Assembly (NCBI RefSeq): GCF_037042905.1
Contig: NC_087251.1
Span: 41,046,001 to 41,110,000 of the forward strand
Length of the DNA stretch: 64,000 bases
Source: Lytechinus pictus
Taxonomy: Eukaryota
Direction: 5' to 3'
Below the pieces are notes generated by a model that saw only the letters and a program-made list of their open reading frames with translations, made no database searches and had not been told where the DNA came from. How positions within the stretch are numbered: position 1 is the stretch's first letter; each line of letters starts with the position of its first letter. The position numbers and the translations under genes were made by a program. Shown here one piece after another: positions 51,778 to 64,000 of this stretch.

Positions 51778-52722
51778 ACAAGTGGAATGCCTCTGGCCGT
51801 CTCACCTGCATCACACGATTCAATATAGCAGCAGTGCTGATTTTGAAAACTACTATAACTCGCACAAGATGTTCAGTGATACTTGGTTACTCTTATTTCC
51901 ACGTTTTATGAACTAGACCAATACACTTATAGAGATATGATGGCAATTCAACAAATACCCCCAACGTGGCCAAAGTTCTTTGACCTTACATGACCTTTGA
52001 CCTGATCATGTGACCTGAAACTCGCACAGGATGTTCAGTGATACTTGATTACTATTATGTCCAAGTTTTATGAACTAGACCAACACACTTTCAAATTTAT
52101 AGCTGTAATTCAACAAATACCCCAATTTGGCCAAAGTTCATTGACCCTAAATGACCTTTGACCTTGATCATGTGACCTGAAACTTGCACAGGATGTTCAG
52201 TAATACTTGATTACTATTATGTCCAAGTTTCATGAATCAGATCCATAAACATTCAAAGTTATGATGGTAATTCAACAGATACCCCCAATTCGGCCAAAGT
52301 TCATTGACCCTAAATGACCTTTGACCTTGGTCATGTGATGTGAAACTCACGCAGGATGTTCAGTGATACTTGATTAACCTTATGTATAAGTTTCATGAAC
52401 TAGGTCCATATATTTTCTAAGTTATGATGACATTTCAAAAACTTAACCTTAGGTTAAGATTTTGATGTTGATTCCCCCAACATGGTCTAAGTTCATTGAC
52501 CCTAAATGACCTTTGACCTTGGTCATGTGACATGAAACTCAGGCAGGATGTTCAGTAATACTTGATTAACCTTATGGCCAAGTTTCATGAACTAGGTCCA
52601 TACACTTTCTAAGTTATGCTGTCATTTCAAAAACTTAACCTCAGGTTAAGATTTGGTGTTGACGCCGCCGTGGCCGTCGGAAAAGCGGCGCCTATAGTCT
52701 CACTCTGCTATGCAGGTGAGAC
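51778..52722 (+). mobile_element. HINE element with about four internal ~162-bp repeats, nested in a piggyBac-like MITE (~51411-53051)
   Basis: Same ends as 46766-48105 but variant subTIRs gtctcacctgcat / atgcaggtgagac; host MITE sequence resumes after 52727 and ends ccccggccaagttagaattaa. Confidence 0.8.
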
Positions 52723-53416
52723 AAAAATTGCAGAAACAATCCAATACATAAGAAATTGATCTGGTATCAACTTTTTTTTCAAGAGCATTTGCGGAGAACA
52801 ACACAGAGTTTCTACACCAAAACTTAGGTCATTTGTAGCTTTACTTTTGGGAGCAAAAAGGTATGATTTTTCATACCACTTGTGCATGAATTAACATAGT
52901 TAATAGCAATTTTCATAAAATAAACATCATACAATTTTGTAGATTAGGTCCAAGGCAACGTGCATGCCAATTATCAGGTTGACGACTAAAATTTCAGGGA
53001 AGCCTTTCACCCATATGATCTCCCAATATGCCCCGGCCAAGTTAGAATTAATTCTAAGCCAAACACTTGAAAAATCATTTCCAACCTTATGAACAAATTA
53101 CTTTTTACTCCTATAACCATGCCCTACATAATGAAACAACAGATAATTCAGATACAATGAAATTTCAGCAAAAAAGATAATAGCTTGGACCTGCTGCTTC
53201 GGGCTACACAAAAGTTATAAAACACATTAAAAAAATGATGGGTTCATGAGGAAAAATAAATAAAGAATCCCATATTTGGTGATAAAGAGTTTTGGATATA
53301 TTAACATAAAGTTTAAAGTGATGATTTGTTCAATTAATATGATCTACATGATCACACAAAGACCAATAACTTTTCAAACCAGACACTCCCTGTAGAAAAT
53401 GATTCTAAGATTGGTG

Positions 53417-53516
53417 TTATGTCCTCGTCTCAGATAGACTGTCTCTCTTATTTATGCTTGGAAGATGGTAGACACCAGATAGGGGTTGTATCCATGACGC
53501 ACATTGAGTGTCATGA
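53417..53516 (-). pseudogene. STXBP4: STXBP4 (Synip)-like terminal coding exon (second half of WW domain)
   Basis: Polypyrimidine tract, ctacag|T CAT GAC...TAA. HDTQCASWIQPLSGVYHLPSINKRDSLSETRT-stop resembles STXBP4 HVTQTTSWIHPV (recalled). I found no exon for the first half of the WW domain. Confidence 0.62.
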
Positions 53517-55196
53517 CTGTAGGTGTAAAGTGAAAGAAAAAAATATTATTCTAACAACAGTCCTTCTCTAAGAAATATCTGCATTGGGGAAAATACACTT
53601 ATATTTATTATGATTATACAGAAACATTTTCAACAAATTTCAACAGGTTTTACATCATTATATGTACGATATATATCAACAAAAACACTTCCAAAAATTC
53701 AGATGCTTATAAATTCAGTACTTTAAATTGGATATCTTTTGGAAAAGAAATTTGAATATTGCCATTTAAGGCACAATGTTCATTTTCACATGTATATTTG
53801 CAACTACTGCGACCGTATTGCCACACAAAAATTTTGACCAGGTTTTTTTACTGTCATGTCTTGCCCATCTTTTGAGACCAAATTTGTGAGGGCCAGGTAC
53901 ATGGTTCCAAAATTACCTAACATTTTGTAAATGCATGTCAGACCCAAATTGCTAAAAAAAAAAAAAGAATGTTTCTGTAAACAAAGTCAATTCAAATGGA
54001 ATTTTCTCATCTTATAGAGATATGACTATTTTTGCTTTCATCAGCTAAAACTCAATTGATTTTAGCATAATTATGCTTTAAAAAGGTTCTGCAATGAATC
54101 TGGCCCTAAGAAAATAGACAAAAGATTTTTTTTAAGGAGAAATACATAAATTTACAAAAGCAAACAAATATATAATAATTGATATTCACACTGATTTTTT
54201 TTCCAGCACATTTGTAATGAATGCTAAAAAAACTATTTACACCAAAAATTAGCATTCCATGAGTTTTATTTATTGAGTTAGAGTAAAAAGTATGATTCAC
54301 ACATTCATTGGCTTAATTCATATGAAATTCATATCAGCAGCCAAGGTCACAAGGGGGGGGGGGAGAGAACAGAGCCTGGTTTGGGTTTAAAACCGAAAGG
54401 AGTCATAACTGAAATCATGTACGTGTATCATCTGAAATTACATCACGTAATCAGTATATTGTTGATTCTGAATTTATGCCATAAATATATCATATTGAAT
54501 TATTTAATGAAATATGTGGAGAAGGTGGTAAAGAAAAAGACAAAGCTTTGTGATTGATACAAATTGAAATCAAATATGGAACATAGGTAAGATTTTATCA
54601 TCAAGAGAATGCATGATATTGAATTTGAACTGAAACGAGAACACATATTGGTCTACCTGTAATCAATCCAGAATTCTTACCAATTTCTACTACACAGATT
54701 TTATGACAGCTCACTATACATGTAGATGTATATAATCAATAGTTAGAATCAATCATATGGTCAATTGCTATGCTTTGAGTTAAAGGGCCCAGATGTCATA
54801 TGAAGGCTATGCTTTGACAATCTAGATGATGAATAATGGATTGGGTAATTTCGGCGTAGATCTTTTAGAGTTGATGTTACCCCGATTTTTAAACAAGCAC
54901 AGCACAAAACTTGAAGAGCAGATATTGAACTTTTGTGACATGTGATTTTCTTTTTGAAGTTCAGACACCATCCATCAAATGATTTTGGGGTATCCCCTTC
55001 TTGAGAAATTTTTTTCTAATCATGTACGAATGACTAATTGTCCAATTTAAATCAGATGAAAGAGTTGAAGCTGAACTTTACGATGATCAGTCATTTATCT
55101 GAAACTGAATACAAAGGATAAAGCATAAATAATTCTGGGTTTCATTATTTTCTGAGAAACACTGTAGATAATAATTGTGAATCCTGCACAACTTAC

Positions 55197-55375
55197 CAAT
55201 GGTTGTGGTGGCATATTGCAGCGCATTTTCTGGACCACTGACCCCAGTTTGTCGAGTTCATCCTCCAGCATGCACCAACATCTACCTCCACATACAGCAC
55301 TTCCCGTTGGGCCACTTCTGCTAGTAGAACCCTCGATTCCAGGGCTTTGCTCTCATGAATAGCACTCTATACCCT
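55197..55375 (-). pseudogene. STXBP4: STXBP4-like coiled-coil exon, disabled copy A
   Basis: acag|...|gtaagt retained. RV*SAIHESKALESRVLLAEVAQRE, then a frameshifting deletion, then MLEDELDKLGSVV. Confidence 0.72.
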
Positions 55376-55752
55376 CTGTATACAGCTAAACATAAATTTA
55401 AGATGAGACTTAGTACTTTGTTCTGAAGTGGAATGGCTCTAACAATGTCACCTGCTTTACACAAATCAATATACATAGGGGCAATTCCATAGGTTGGTGG
55501 ACATGAGCTTAAAAATTCAAATTCAATATATAGCCCATCTGAACTGTACATTTTACATGTATTTGCCTTACTTATACTTATTGCTGGTTCTTTAATTGAT
55601 GTTGAGGGCTTGAGGCAAGAAATGGAATGCATTTGTTTCACATTTTTTTATTTACACAGCCCAAGCCAGATCTCGTACAGTTTAGTGAATACATTACCGA
55701 TATACTGACCAATAAGTAAAAGAGAGGAGGAAACTTATTCAGAATGTTACCT

Positions 55753-56154
55753 TTAAAGATAAATTCCAGTTTTGGTAACGATCTAAAAATGACTTTTTAC
55801 AGAATCTAATATAATGACCACCCAAGTGTCTGTTTGTATGAATAAAAAATATGTGCCAAAGGATTCTGGAAGAAATTGTGTAATTGCTGAGAAATAAGCA
55901 AAATAAGCACGGATTCGGTCACTTCCGTCGGGTCTTTATTCCAGCAATAATAATACACTGTCCCACGTGTGCCTATCTGTGTTGGTGATCTTCAGTGTGA
56001 ACATTTTTCAGCGTAGATTTCAGGATTTCACAAAGTTCAGTTTATGTAACTGTACCAGATCTAGATCCTCGATGATATACTGCCAATTAAGCCTTGTTTT
56101 ACAGACTTTCTCATGAAATCAGTGTTTACTGCAACTACTGGAATTTCTCTTTAA
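55753..56154. mobile_element. TTAA-flanked MITE (Kolobok-like)
   Basis: ttaaagataaattccagt ... actggaatttctctttaa. Confidence 0.65.
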
Positions 56155-56812
56155 CATAAACTGGTGTCTGAAATCCTACTCATATTATTACAGAAACAGA
56201 AACATGAATCTTACACACATTATTGAATTTTTAGTGACATTTATGTTGTTGACCATACATGGACAAAATGTAACGTGAGTAACCGTAACGTGAGTAACCA
56301 CTTTATCTGCACCCCTAGTAAACACCATGTGTTCTTTATTTTTTGAATTATATACAAAGTTTGTATCCCTAATATACTTCTTTGAAATGGATATAATCAA
56401 CTTTCATAAAAGCCTTATATGTAGACACTTTTCACTTATGTCGACTTTTCATTTTATGCATGTCCAAATCATGTAACGTGAGTAACCGACACATTTCAAA
56501 GATTTGCCAGGAGCATAATAAAATTTCCCAAGTTTTGTTTTTATACAAAGGATAGTCAGACTGCGTACTGTGTTGTGATAAAGAGATATTTAGTTCCTAT
56601 CAATAATAATGGAGTTACAGCTCCAAGTATGAGTCAAGGTGTCTCCAAATGTAACGTGGGTAACCGTGGAATAGCCCATAGGATGGATGACATTGTGACA
56701 TTGAAACATCAAATATTTTCTTCTTTACATTACCTGTTGATTATACAATGTAATAATCAAAGGCCACGGAGGGACAATGTTTCTGGGATGCACTGTATAC
56801 TGCACAACTTAC

Positions 56813-56999
56813 CACTGGTTCAAGTGGCATATTGCTGGGTATTTTCTTGACCTTGACCGAGTTTGTTGAGTTCATCCTACAGCATGACAATAAATTCTTC
56901 CTAATCGAGCTCCATATTCCTTGCTTCCAATTGGGCCACTTCTGTCAGATGAACCCTTGATTCCAGGGATCTGTTCTCGTGAATGGCACTAAATGCCAT
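56813..56999 (-). pseudogene. STXBP4: STXBP4-like coiled-coil exon, disabled copy B
   Basis: MAFSAIHENRSLESRVHLTEVAQLEARNMELD*EEFIVML*DELNKL versus STXBP4 ETRALRSRIHLAEAAQRQAHGMEMDYEEVIRLLEAEI (recalled). Splice sites intact. Confidence 0.78.
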
Positions 57000-57736
57000 C
57001 TGTAGAGAGAAATATGTATTAAGATAAAATTTGATTCTCGGTTCTGAAGTAAAATTGCTCTGATAGTCTCGCCTCTATTACACAAATCAATATCTACACG
57101 ATTTAAGGACTCTGTGACATTGAAATACCAATATTTTCTGTTTTCCATTTTGAAAATTATTAAGGAAAACAAGTCCTGTTCTCATTAACAATGTTCATCT
57201 TTCCACGATTCATTCAACAAATGGACTGCCAACTATAACTATCACATGATTACCGGTAACAAAGAATTATGCTGTGCTGATCACCAACAAAACAGAGCAC
57301 TGAGAAAGTCGGACGACTACCATGTCAACATCTGCTAAATTCACTGAAATTCAGCATGATCTTAATCTGTTGCCCTCTGGAACCAGACAGTTCCTGTACA
57401 ATAACAGATCCAGAGGAAAGAAAACAAAACTTTATTATTCCTCAATCATTTTCTTTGATTGAAGTATCATATCAAAGAGCAGATAATAAACTGTTTGAGA
57501 CATATGATTTTTATTTGGAAGTTGAGACACCGTCTGCCAAATGATTTGGGGTATCCCTTCTTCAGATTTTTATTTTTACTAACTCATATATGAATGACTA
57601 ATTGCCAAAGTTACATCAAATGGGAGATAAGACACCTAGTTATTAATTTATGATAAAGCATTCAATATAATGTTCGGTTTTCGTTTTTTTTTCTGGGGTG
57701 CACTGTGAATACAATTATAAATACTGCACAACTTAC

Positions 57737-57925
57737 CACTGGTTCTGGTGGCATATTGCAGGGCATTCTCTTGACCACTGACCCGAGTTTGTCGAGTTCA
57801 TCATCAAGCATGACAACAAATTCTTCCTAATCTTACTCCATATTCCCTGCTTCCAGTTGGGCTGCTTCTGCCAGATGAACCCTTGATTCCAGGGCTTTAC
57901 TCTTGTGGAGAGCACTCTGTGCTTG
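57737..57925 (-). pseudogene. STXBP4: STXBP4-like coiled-coil exon, disabled copy C
   Basis: 189 nt, phase 0-0. QAQSALHKSKALESRVHLAEAAQLEAGNME*D*EEFVVMLDDELDKLGSVVKRMPCNMPPEPV, with two in-frame stops. Confidence 0.78.
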
Positions 57926-58249
57926 CTGTAGAGAGAAATATAAATCAGAGATAAATTGAAGATAAATTGAAGTTTTCAGTTCTGAAGTGGAATAGAGTAC
58001 CAAAGTGTGATGTCATCAATTTTCACTTTTTGCATAACAGTGTTTTTGATACCATATTTTGGTAGAGCATGATGACGAACCCCCACAACCCAAATTTGGT
58101 GGGAATTGGTCCATGGGGCTCCAAGATATGATCTCATGAATACATAATTAGCCCCATTGAAGTCAATGTATTATTGGTCTCAATGTTCTCGCCAGGTTCA
58201 CTCTGACGCTTGGCGGCGCGCGGTAGCTATCGAAAATATCAATATCGAC

Positions 58250-61010
58250 GAGCTTAGATTGCTGCTAAATGCACCACATTTTATATCTATTCAATGCTTC
58301 TCCGGCCACACAGCCGTAACGGTTGCGCGAATTGCGATTGAAGCAGAAAGGCAATTACTGATAACTTAAAAAGGTCAACTTGTCTTGGGAAATGATTTGA
58401 AGTCAATCTCATTTTATACTTACAGTTTTTAGATTTATTCACATCGATAAATTAACTCCATGCTTTCCAATGTTTAGATCGCTACATCCTTAGAAAGTGC
58501 GATTAATTTTGTGAATGCGTGTTGTTTCTTATGTCAATGACCGACTACATCTACGGACCACATGCGTAGCCCTTTGAGCTTGCGCCGCGTCACGTCCTTA
58601 CTAAATCCAAAGATTGTTCCGACTTTATACCTCGGTCACATTTGTTCTACGGCGGCGTACGGTGAGTCGAAAACAGCCGTTTTTAAAATTTTTGTACCAG
58701 CTGAATATAGGTGGTTTGAATAAAATTGAATAAAACGGCTGTTTTCGACTCGCCGTACGGCCGCCGTAGAGCAAATGTGACTGACGTATTTGGAAGCCTC
58801 GGAAGTTTTCTTCCGAGGCTTCCAAAATAATAGGCATCGGTATTCATGAGACCGGTCCCCAACTTATATAATTTGCATGGTTTTTTGTTTTGTTTATTCG
58901 ATACTCACTGAAACTATAACTCTCATAAGACTTCTGTTGATGATGTTTATACTAATAATATCCAATCAAGATTCTTTTATCACTGTCAATTATTGCTGTG
59001 TTCATTTGTATTGTTCGTTACTCACCTATAAAATAATAAATGTGCTCATCACGAGCGTGAGAAATATTTTTAGTCATTCATAATACTTTAATATTACGAT
59101 TTTGTTGTTTTTAATTGCGATCTAGAATGTTTTGAAAGTATAAGTTAATTGACAGGAAAGCAGATTTCTATTTTTAAATAATACATTATGTAGGCCTACA
59201 AATACAGCGTGTGTGAAAGAGGAAGAGGGGTGGGGTTGTAGGATGGTCGAAGGGAGAGAGCGATAGGGGAGGGGTCGTGGTGTGGACAATGACAAGGGGA
59301 TGTTGAGATCGTGTGTGTGGGATTGGTGAAGAAGTCAATATTCGAAGCGAATACATTTTTATAGACGTGTATATACTTCTACTGATGATGACGGCTGAAT
59401 AATCTTCTTTTTTTTTTAATGTATGTATATTTTGGTGAATTTAAATTTTAGAAATATTTTCTTGCACCATGAGTGGGAAGATCGAGGTACGTGATTCAAT
59501 AAATTGCATCACAATATCACTATAGGTTTAGTTGTAAATTTACAGAAATTCACGAACAGTTTATTAAAAATGAAAAAAGAGAAAGATCTTCTTAATTTTA
59601 TAGCCCCCATCCAGCGTAAACAACATGAAGAATATTTGAGGTCACGAAATCAGCTGATTCGCACTCAAACAACAGGTTAACAGGTCACACACGTGCGACA
59701 CATTCCAAGGGCGGGAATTCGGGAAACCCGTTTTCACTGAAGCACAATGATTGGCTCAACCAAGAAAGTGAATACTAATTAGATCACGTGCCATCGGCTT
59801 TGGGGCGTCTCGTTCACATTCCAACTCACTTCATAAATATCATCCACTCGCAGTATAATCAGGCTAACGACATTGTAAAGATAACTCCATATTAAAAGCA
59901 CAATTCCGATATAAAACATAAAGACATATGTGAACTTGAAAAATTCATCCAACGATATTCAAATTATACTAGCATCTCATGTGGGCGTGAACAAACGAAA
60001 TACATATCCTCTAAAACGTTCACACATATCAACTTCAATAATTCGTACTTGAAATAAATATCTGTGAATGAATTGCCAATTCCACTTTGTTAAATGTGTA
60101 CTTCTATCGAAATCTATTGAAAACGGACCCCTCCCGACCCGTGGTGGATTTTCCAATCGCCATAAAGATTATGCAGCCACAATCACAGTAGACACATCCA
60201 TAAATTAAAATTAATTTCATTCGCTACGAACATTGACTTCTTTTCGCCAATCCCCTACCCACAAAGTCACAAACATCCCATCATTTTCATCTACATTGCC
60301 CACGACCACCCCCCAGTATTCTCTCTTTCTCCTTTACACAAATTAATTTCAAATATTTTATTTTAAATCGTAGTTGTTCAACAAGTTCATAAAGCATTCA
60401 CTGTGATGACTAAAACATTTCTCAGGCCCGTGACAGGTGCGCTCATTATTTAATTGGCAGGCAAAGAGTAATAAAACTATACAAATGAAAATACACTGTA
60501 CGTATACTATAACTCACATTAAAAAATGAGTCGTAATGATAAAAAATGTGAATTAATAAAGATTATTATTATTATGAAAATTATAACAGATTCAATGAAT
60601 ATATAAAAAAAAAATTCAAATTTAATCAGTTTTGGATCCCATCTAATTTTGGAAGACTCGGATCCCCGGATCAAGGATTTTGATGTCATGTGCGATTTGT
60701 ATTCTGAATGTGGCCGTTGCGAGCGCAAGTGCAGTGGCACAGAACTTGGTAGACATGCCATCGCCAAATTATTCAACACTTTCAAAAGATCGATGTAGAG
60801 ATCAAGACTTTGGAAATTATGGAGTAAAATCGGAATTTAAATGTGAATAAATCATTTTGCTGTAAGTAAATGAGTTGGACATTATATCAATCCATTCCTT
60901 TGGCTTTGTCATTATTAACGTGATCTTGGAATAATTTTCTCAATTCGCTCTACGGCAGTGTCATCAGAAAAGCATTCAATGAATTCATGTAGTCGATGTA
61001 GCTAAGTGGG
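58250..61010. repeat. Old inverted duplication (arms ~58250-59560 and ~60040-61010)
   Basis: Several colinear reverse-complement blocks, e.g. acttacag..gatttattcacat (58418) vs atgtgaataaatc..ctgtaagt (60841), and gaagtcaatattcgaagcgaat (59331) vs attcgctacgaacattgacttc (60219). Confidence 0.75.
58627..58788. mobile_element. Small palindromic MITE inserted in the left arm of the inverted duplication
   Basis: gtcacatttgttctacggcggcgtacggtgagtcgaaaacagccgtttt and its reverse complement; absent from the right arm. Confidence 0.8.
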
Positions 61011-61863
61011 ACGAGATGAAATTAAATTTCCTACAAAAGAGCAGTTTTGTTAATTAATGTATTTTATTTCAGACTTGTATCAAAATTTATGCTGGGAGCC
61101 CTTTAAATGGCTCAAGATGGAATCCACCCTTTGACATTTTTTGGCAACATAATTGGTGCTGACTTGTTCATTTACTTTTTCTAAGTATTGGGCTATGAAA
61201 TTATGTAACATTTTGTAAGGCTCTCATTTGCTTAATATTGCATTTGTTTTTAAGAGACAATTCCATTCCAACAAGCAGTTGATTTGAATAAGAATGACAA
61301 ATAACCATATAACAATAAAATGTCATCAAAATCGTATCTAACTTCTGACATTCTAAAGTTTTGCTAAATTCTAAAGAGCAGTTATATGTCCTGGTTGGTG
61401 TGCAAACGATGTGACTGATGTCCTTACCCACTCTTTATACATGTACAGTGTATATGTATTTTCTACTGAGCATGTCAATTAGCCTTTTGCAAATTCTGTA
61501 ATCTATGTTTTTCCATCATTTGCCACTTCAGTTTCCCTTTAGATTGTTGCCCGTTCACAACTGCTTATTTATATATGTAATTTGCATTCTAAAAAAAAAA
61601 TGAACAATAAAATGTTTTTGTTTTTGACAAGCATAAGCACAATGAACCATTTTATTTTGTGTCTGGATATTGGATTCTTGGTTTGATGACTGTTTGAGAC
61701 CTTCTGGAATTATTCACATTAACCACATTTATATTGAGTTTTCGTCTTCATGGTATCAAACAATCTAATCTTGAGTGTGTTACTTCTTTTCATTTCCCCA
61801 GAAAGCAAGCAAGGAGCAAAGAAATTCAGGTAAATTCAAATTATGTTCATCAATGGTTTGTTA

Positions 61864-62403
61864 TTAAAGGGAAATGAAACCTTTGGAACAAGTAGGCTTG
61901 TGTCAAAACAGACAAATCAAAGAATAAAAACAAAGAAAAAGTTATGAGCATTTCAATATTGCAATAACTAATGCTATGGAGATCCTCCCATTGGCAATGC
62001 GACAAGGATGTGTGATGTCACATGTGAACAACTTTCCTTTTGATAAACTGTAAAATATTCTCAAAATGTCTCTTTTTGCTTGTTATCCATGATGTATTCT
62101 TTAAAAATCTGTATTACATGCCCTCCTATAGAAAGAACATATGATCTACTGATAGATGTGATAAAAGAGGCAATTTAAGTGAAATATACTAAAGCAATGG
62201 GGAGAGTTGTTCACAAGTGACATCACACATCCTTGTCGTATTGCCAATGGGAGGATCTCCATAGCATTAGTGATTGCAATATTCAAATGCTCATAACTTT
62301 TTCATTATTAGTCCGATTTTTCTCAAACTTTTGTTGATCTGTTTCTTTGATTTTTCTGTTTTCACACAAGCTATCTTGTTCCAAAGGTTTAATTTCCCTT
62401 TAA
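61864..62403. mobile_element. TTAA-flanked long-TIR MITE (Kolobok-like)
   Basis: ttaaagggaaatgaaacctttggaacaag ... cttgttccaaaggtttaatttccctttaa with ~170-bp arms. Older relatives at ~39645-40011, ~38796-39310 and ~50560-50710. Confidence 0.8.
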
Positions 62404-62433
62404 TGTGATATTTATATTTTAATGAGACATAAT

Positions 62434-62668
62434 GGCCCAAATTCACAAAGGTGGTTTTTAAAACCCTCGAACCCATGGTTTATGCTGCCTTCCTGTATAA
62501 ATTATGCTTAATTTAGCGCGTATTGGGTGCATGTATAAAAATGCCCAATGCTGACACGCGCTTTTGTCACAGTGCGCCAAATTCATGCATGTTCCACGGT
62601 TAGATACGTGAGTCCATTGTTTGAAGAGTGGACTCATTGATAAAAAGCGTAGATAATTAATTCGGGCC
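62434..62668. mobile_element. Internally deleted copy of the 21049-21483 foldback MITE
   Basis: Same left arm, right terminus aattcgggcc, TSD aat. Confidence 0.8.
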
Positions 62669-64000
62669 AATGGGACATAATAGACACCATAAAGGGTCTG
62701 GGGGCACGATGGTCCCTCAATGTTTTGTGCTTTTATTTTGTGCAAATAGATTCTGCATACTTATTTTTACTGTAGTCTTAACCCTATCTAGGCCGGGGTA
62801 TTTTGGGAGTTCATATGGCTGGGGGGGGGGGGCCCTCCCAGGCGCCCCCTTGAGATCTCGGCCGCCGACGGCGCGATCGCGCCGAAAATTGGCATGCGGG
62901 TTGCCTGGGACATAATCTACAAAATTGTATAGTAATTTATTTCATGCAAATCACTATTAAGTGGTTATGCTAATTTATGCGTTATTAGTATGCGAAATCA
63001 TACTTTTTCCTCTAACTCCCTAAATAAAGCTCCAAATGTACTAATTTTTGGTTCTTAACAAGGGCAGTTTATAATCACTCACGTCGCGTGTGGGTTCGTA
63101 ATCACTCGCGTTTTGTATTTTTGGCGATTTTTTTTTATTTCGGTGCGATTTTTTTTTAACGGTGTCTTCAATGGGACAGACATGCAGGGAAAATAAAATG
63201 AAATTGAAATTCGAGTTTCGTTTTAAGCCGGCAATTAAGTGCCTTAAAATAAAATGTACTTGACTACTGTTTTAACATAACAAACAAGCAAATCAGCCAT
63301 GTGGCTCAACTAACTTAGAATAGATCCGGACTTCTACTGTGTCTTATACGAGGACTCCGAGTCGGAACTTGCCATATCTGCCACATCGATATTACATCGT
63401 ATCATTCCCATATGCGGACATGCCTGCATGCAATGGCCCCAAGGCGGCCGGACCCGGCCGCGGTCGGACACGACGTGCATCGGTAGCATGGAGCAAGCTA
63501 ACGTGAGTCGAGCTGAGTTAGATCCCACGTTATATATGAGGCGCCGATTGTACCAATATTATATAGAACAATTATTTGTTATATAATCATTATTCATTAA
63601 ATAATAACTATTATTTATATATAATTTACATTCTATTTGTAAATAATAAGATTATTCGAATAAGCGAAGAAGATAGTTTGCGAGAGAAGACAGGTCTTCT
63701 CAGAAAACCAATTATTGGCAAGCCATACACGGCCCGCGAAAACAAAGCGCGCCCCTACGATTCCGCGGGAATTCTCCAAGGGCACGCCCCCAGCAACAGG
63801 TCTGTGATTGGCTTGGCATGTCATGGATGGCGCCGTTACACAGCGCCCTCGGTGACAGCCAGGCAACGGCAACGGGGGCACAGCCTCTACGCTAAAAAGA
63901 ACCAATGAAATGCATTGAAAGAATTCAGGGACGTGCGCAATACGCGACAGATTTGGAAGCACATGTTCATTCTCAACTAAGCTCTGGGGGATGCAAGACG

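Overview
This is AT-rich, repeat-dense animal genomic DNA. The repeat repertoire suggests an invertebrate deuterostome, probably a sea urchin (inference). The first 27 kb hold the last 11 coding exons of a plus-strand beta-heavy spectrin (SPTBN5/karst-like) gene. These splice GT-AG in frame through the final spectrin repeats and the partial tetramerisation repeat into an acidic, Pro/Ser-rich tail with no recognisable PH domain. Its introns contain three main insertions. (i) Two near-identical DIRS1-type tyrosine-recombinase retrotransposons with intact ITR/ICR cis-elements but heavily decayed ORFs. (ii) A full-length, TSD-flanked I-group (Nimb-like) LINE that is interrupted by a hAT element, has a compact structured RNA motif at its exact 5' end, and has a V-SINE-like sequence as its 3' UTR. 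(iii) SINEs, MITEs and Helentron-type (HINE) elements. The probable 3' UTR carries a 159-bp Penelope-type insertion with a minimal hammerhead ribozyme core. The right half has no intact gene that I can support. It contains many MITEs, HINEs with internal ~163-bp tandem arrays, a minus-strand STXBP4-like relic (one exon triplicated and disabled, plus the terminal WW exon), and two old inverted duplications. All calls come from reading and hand translation; no database searches were run.
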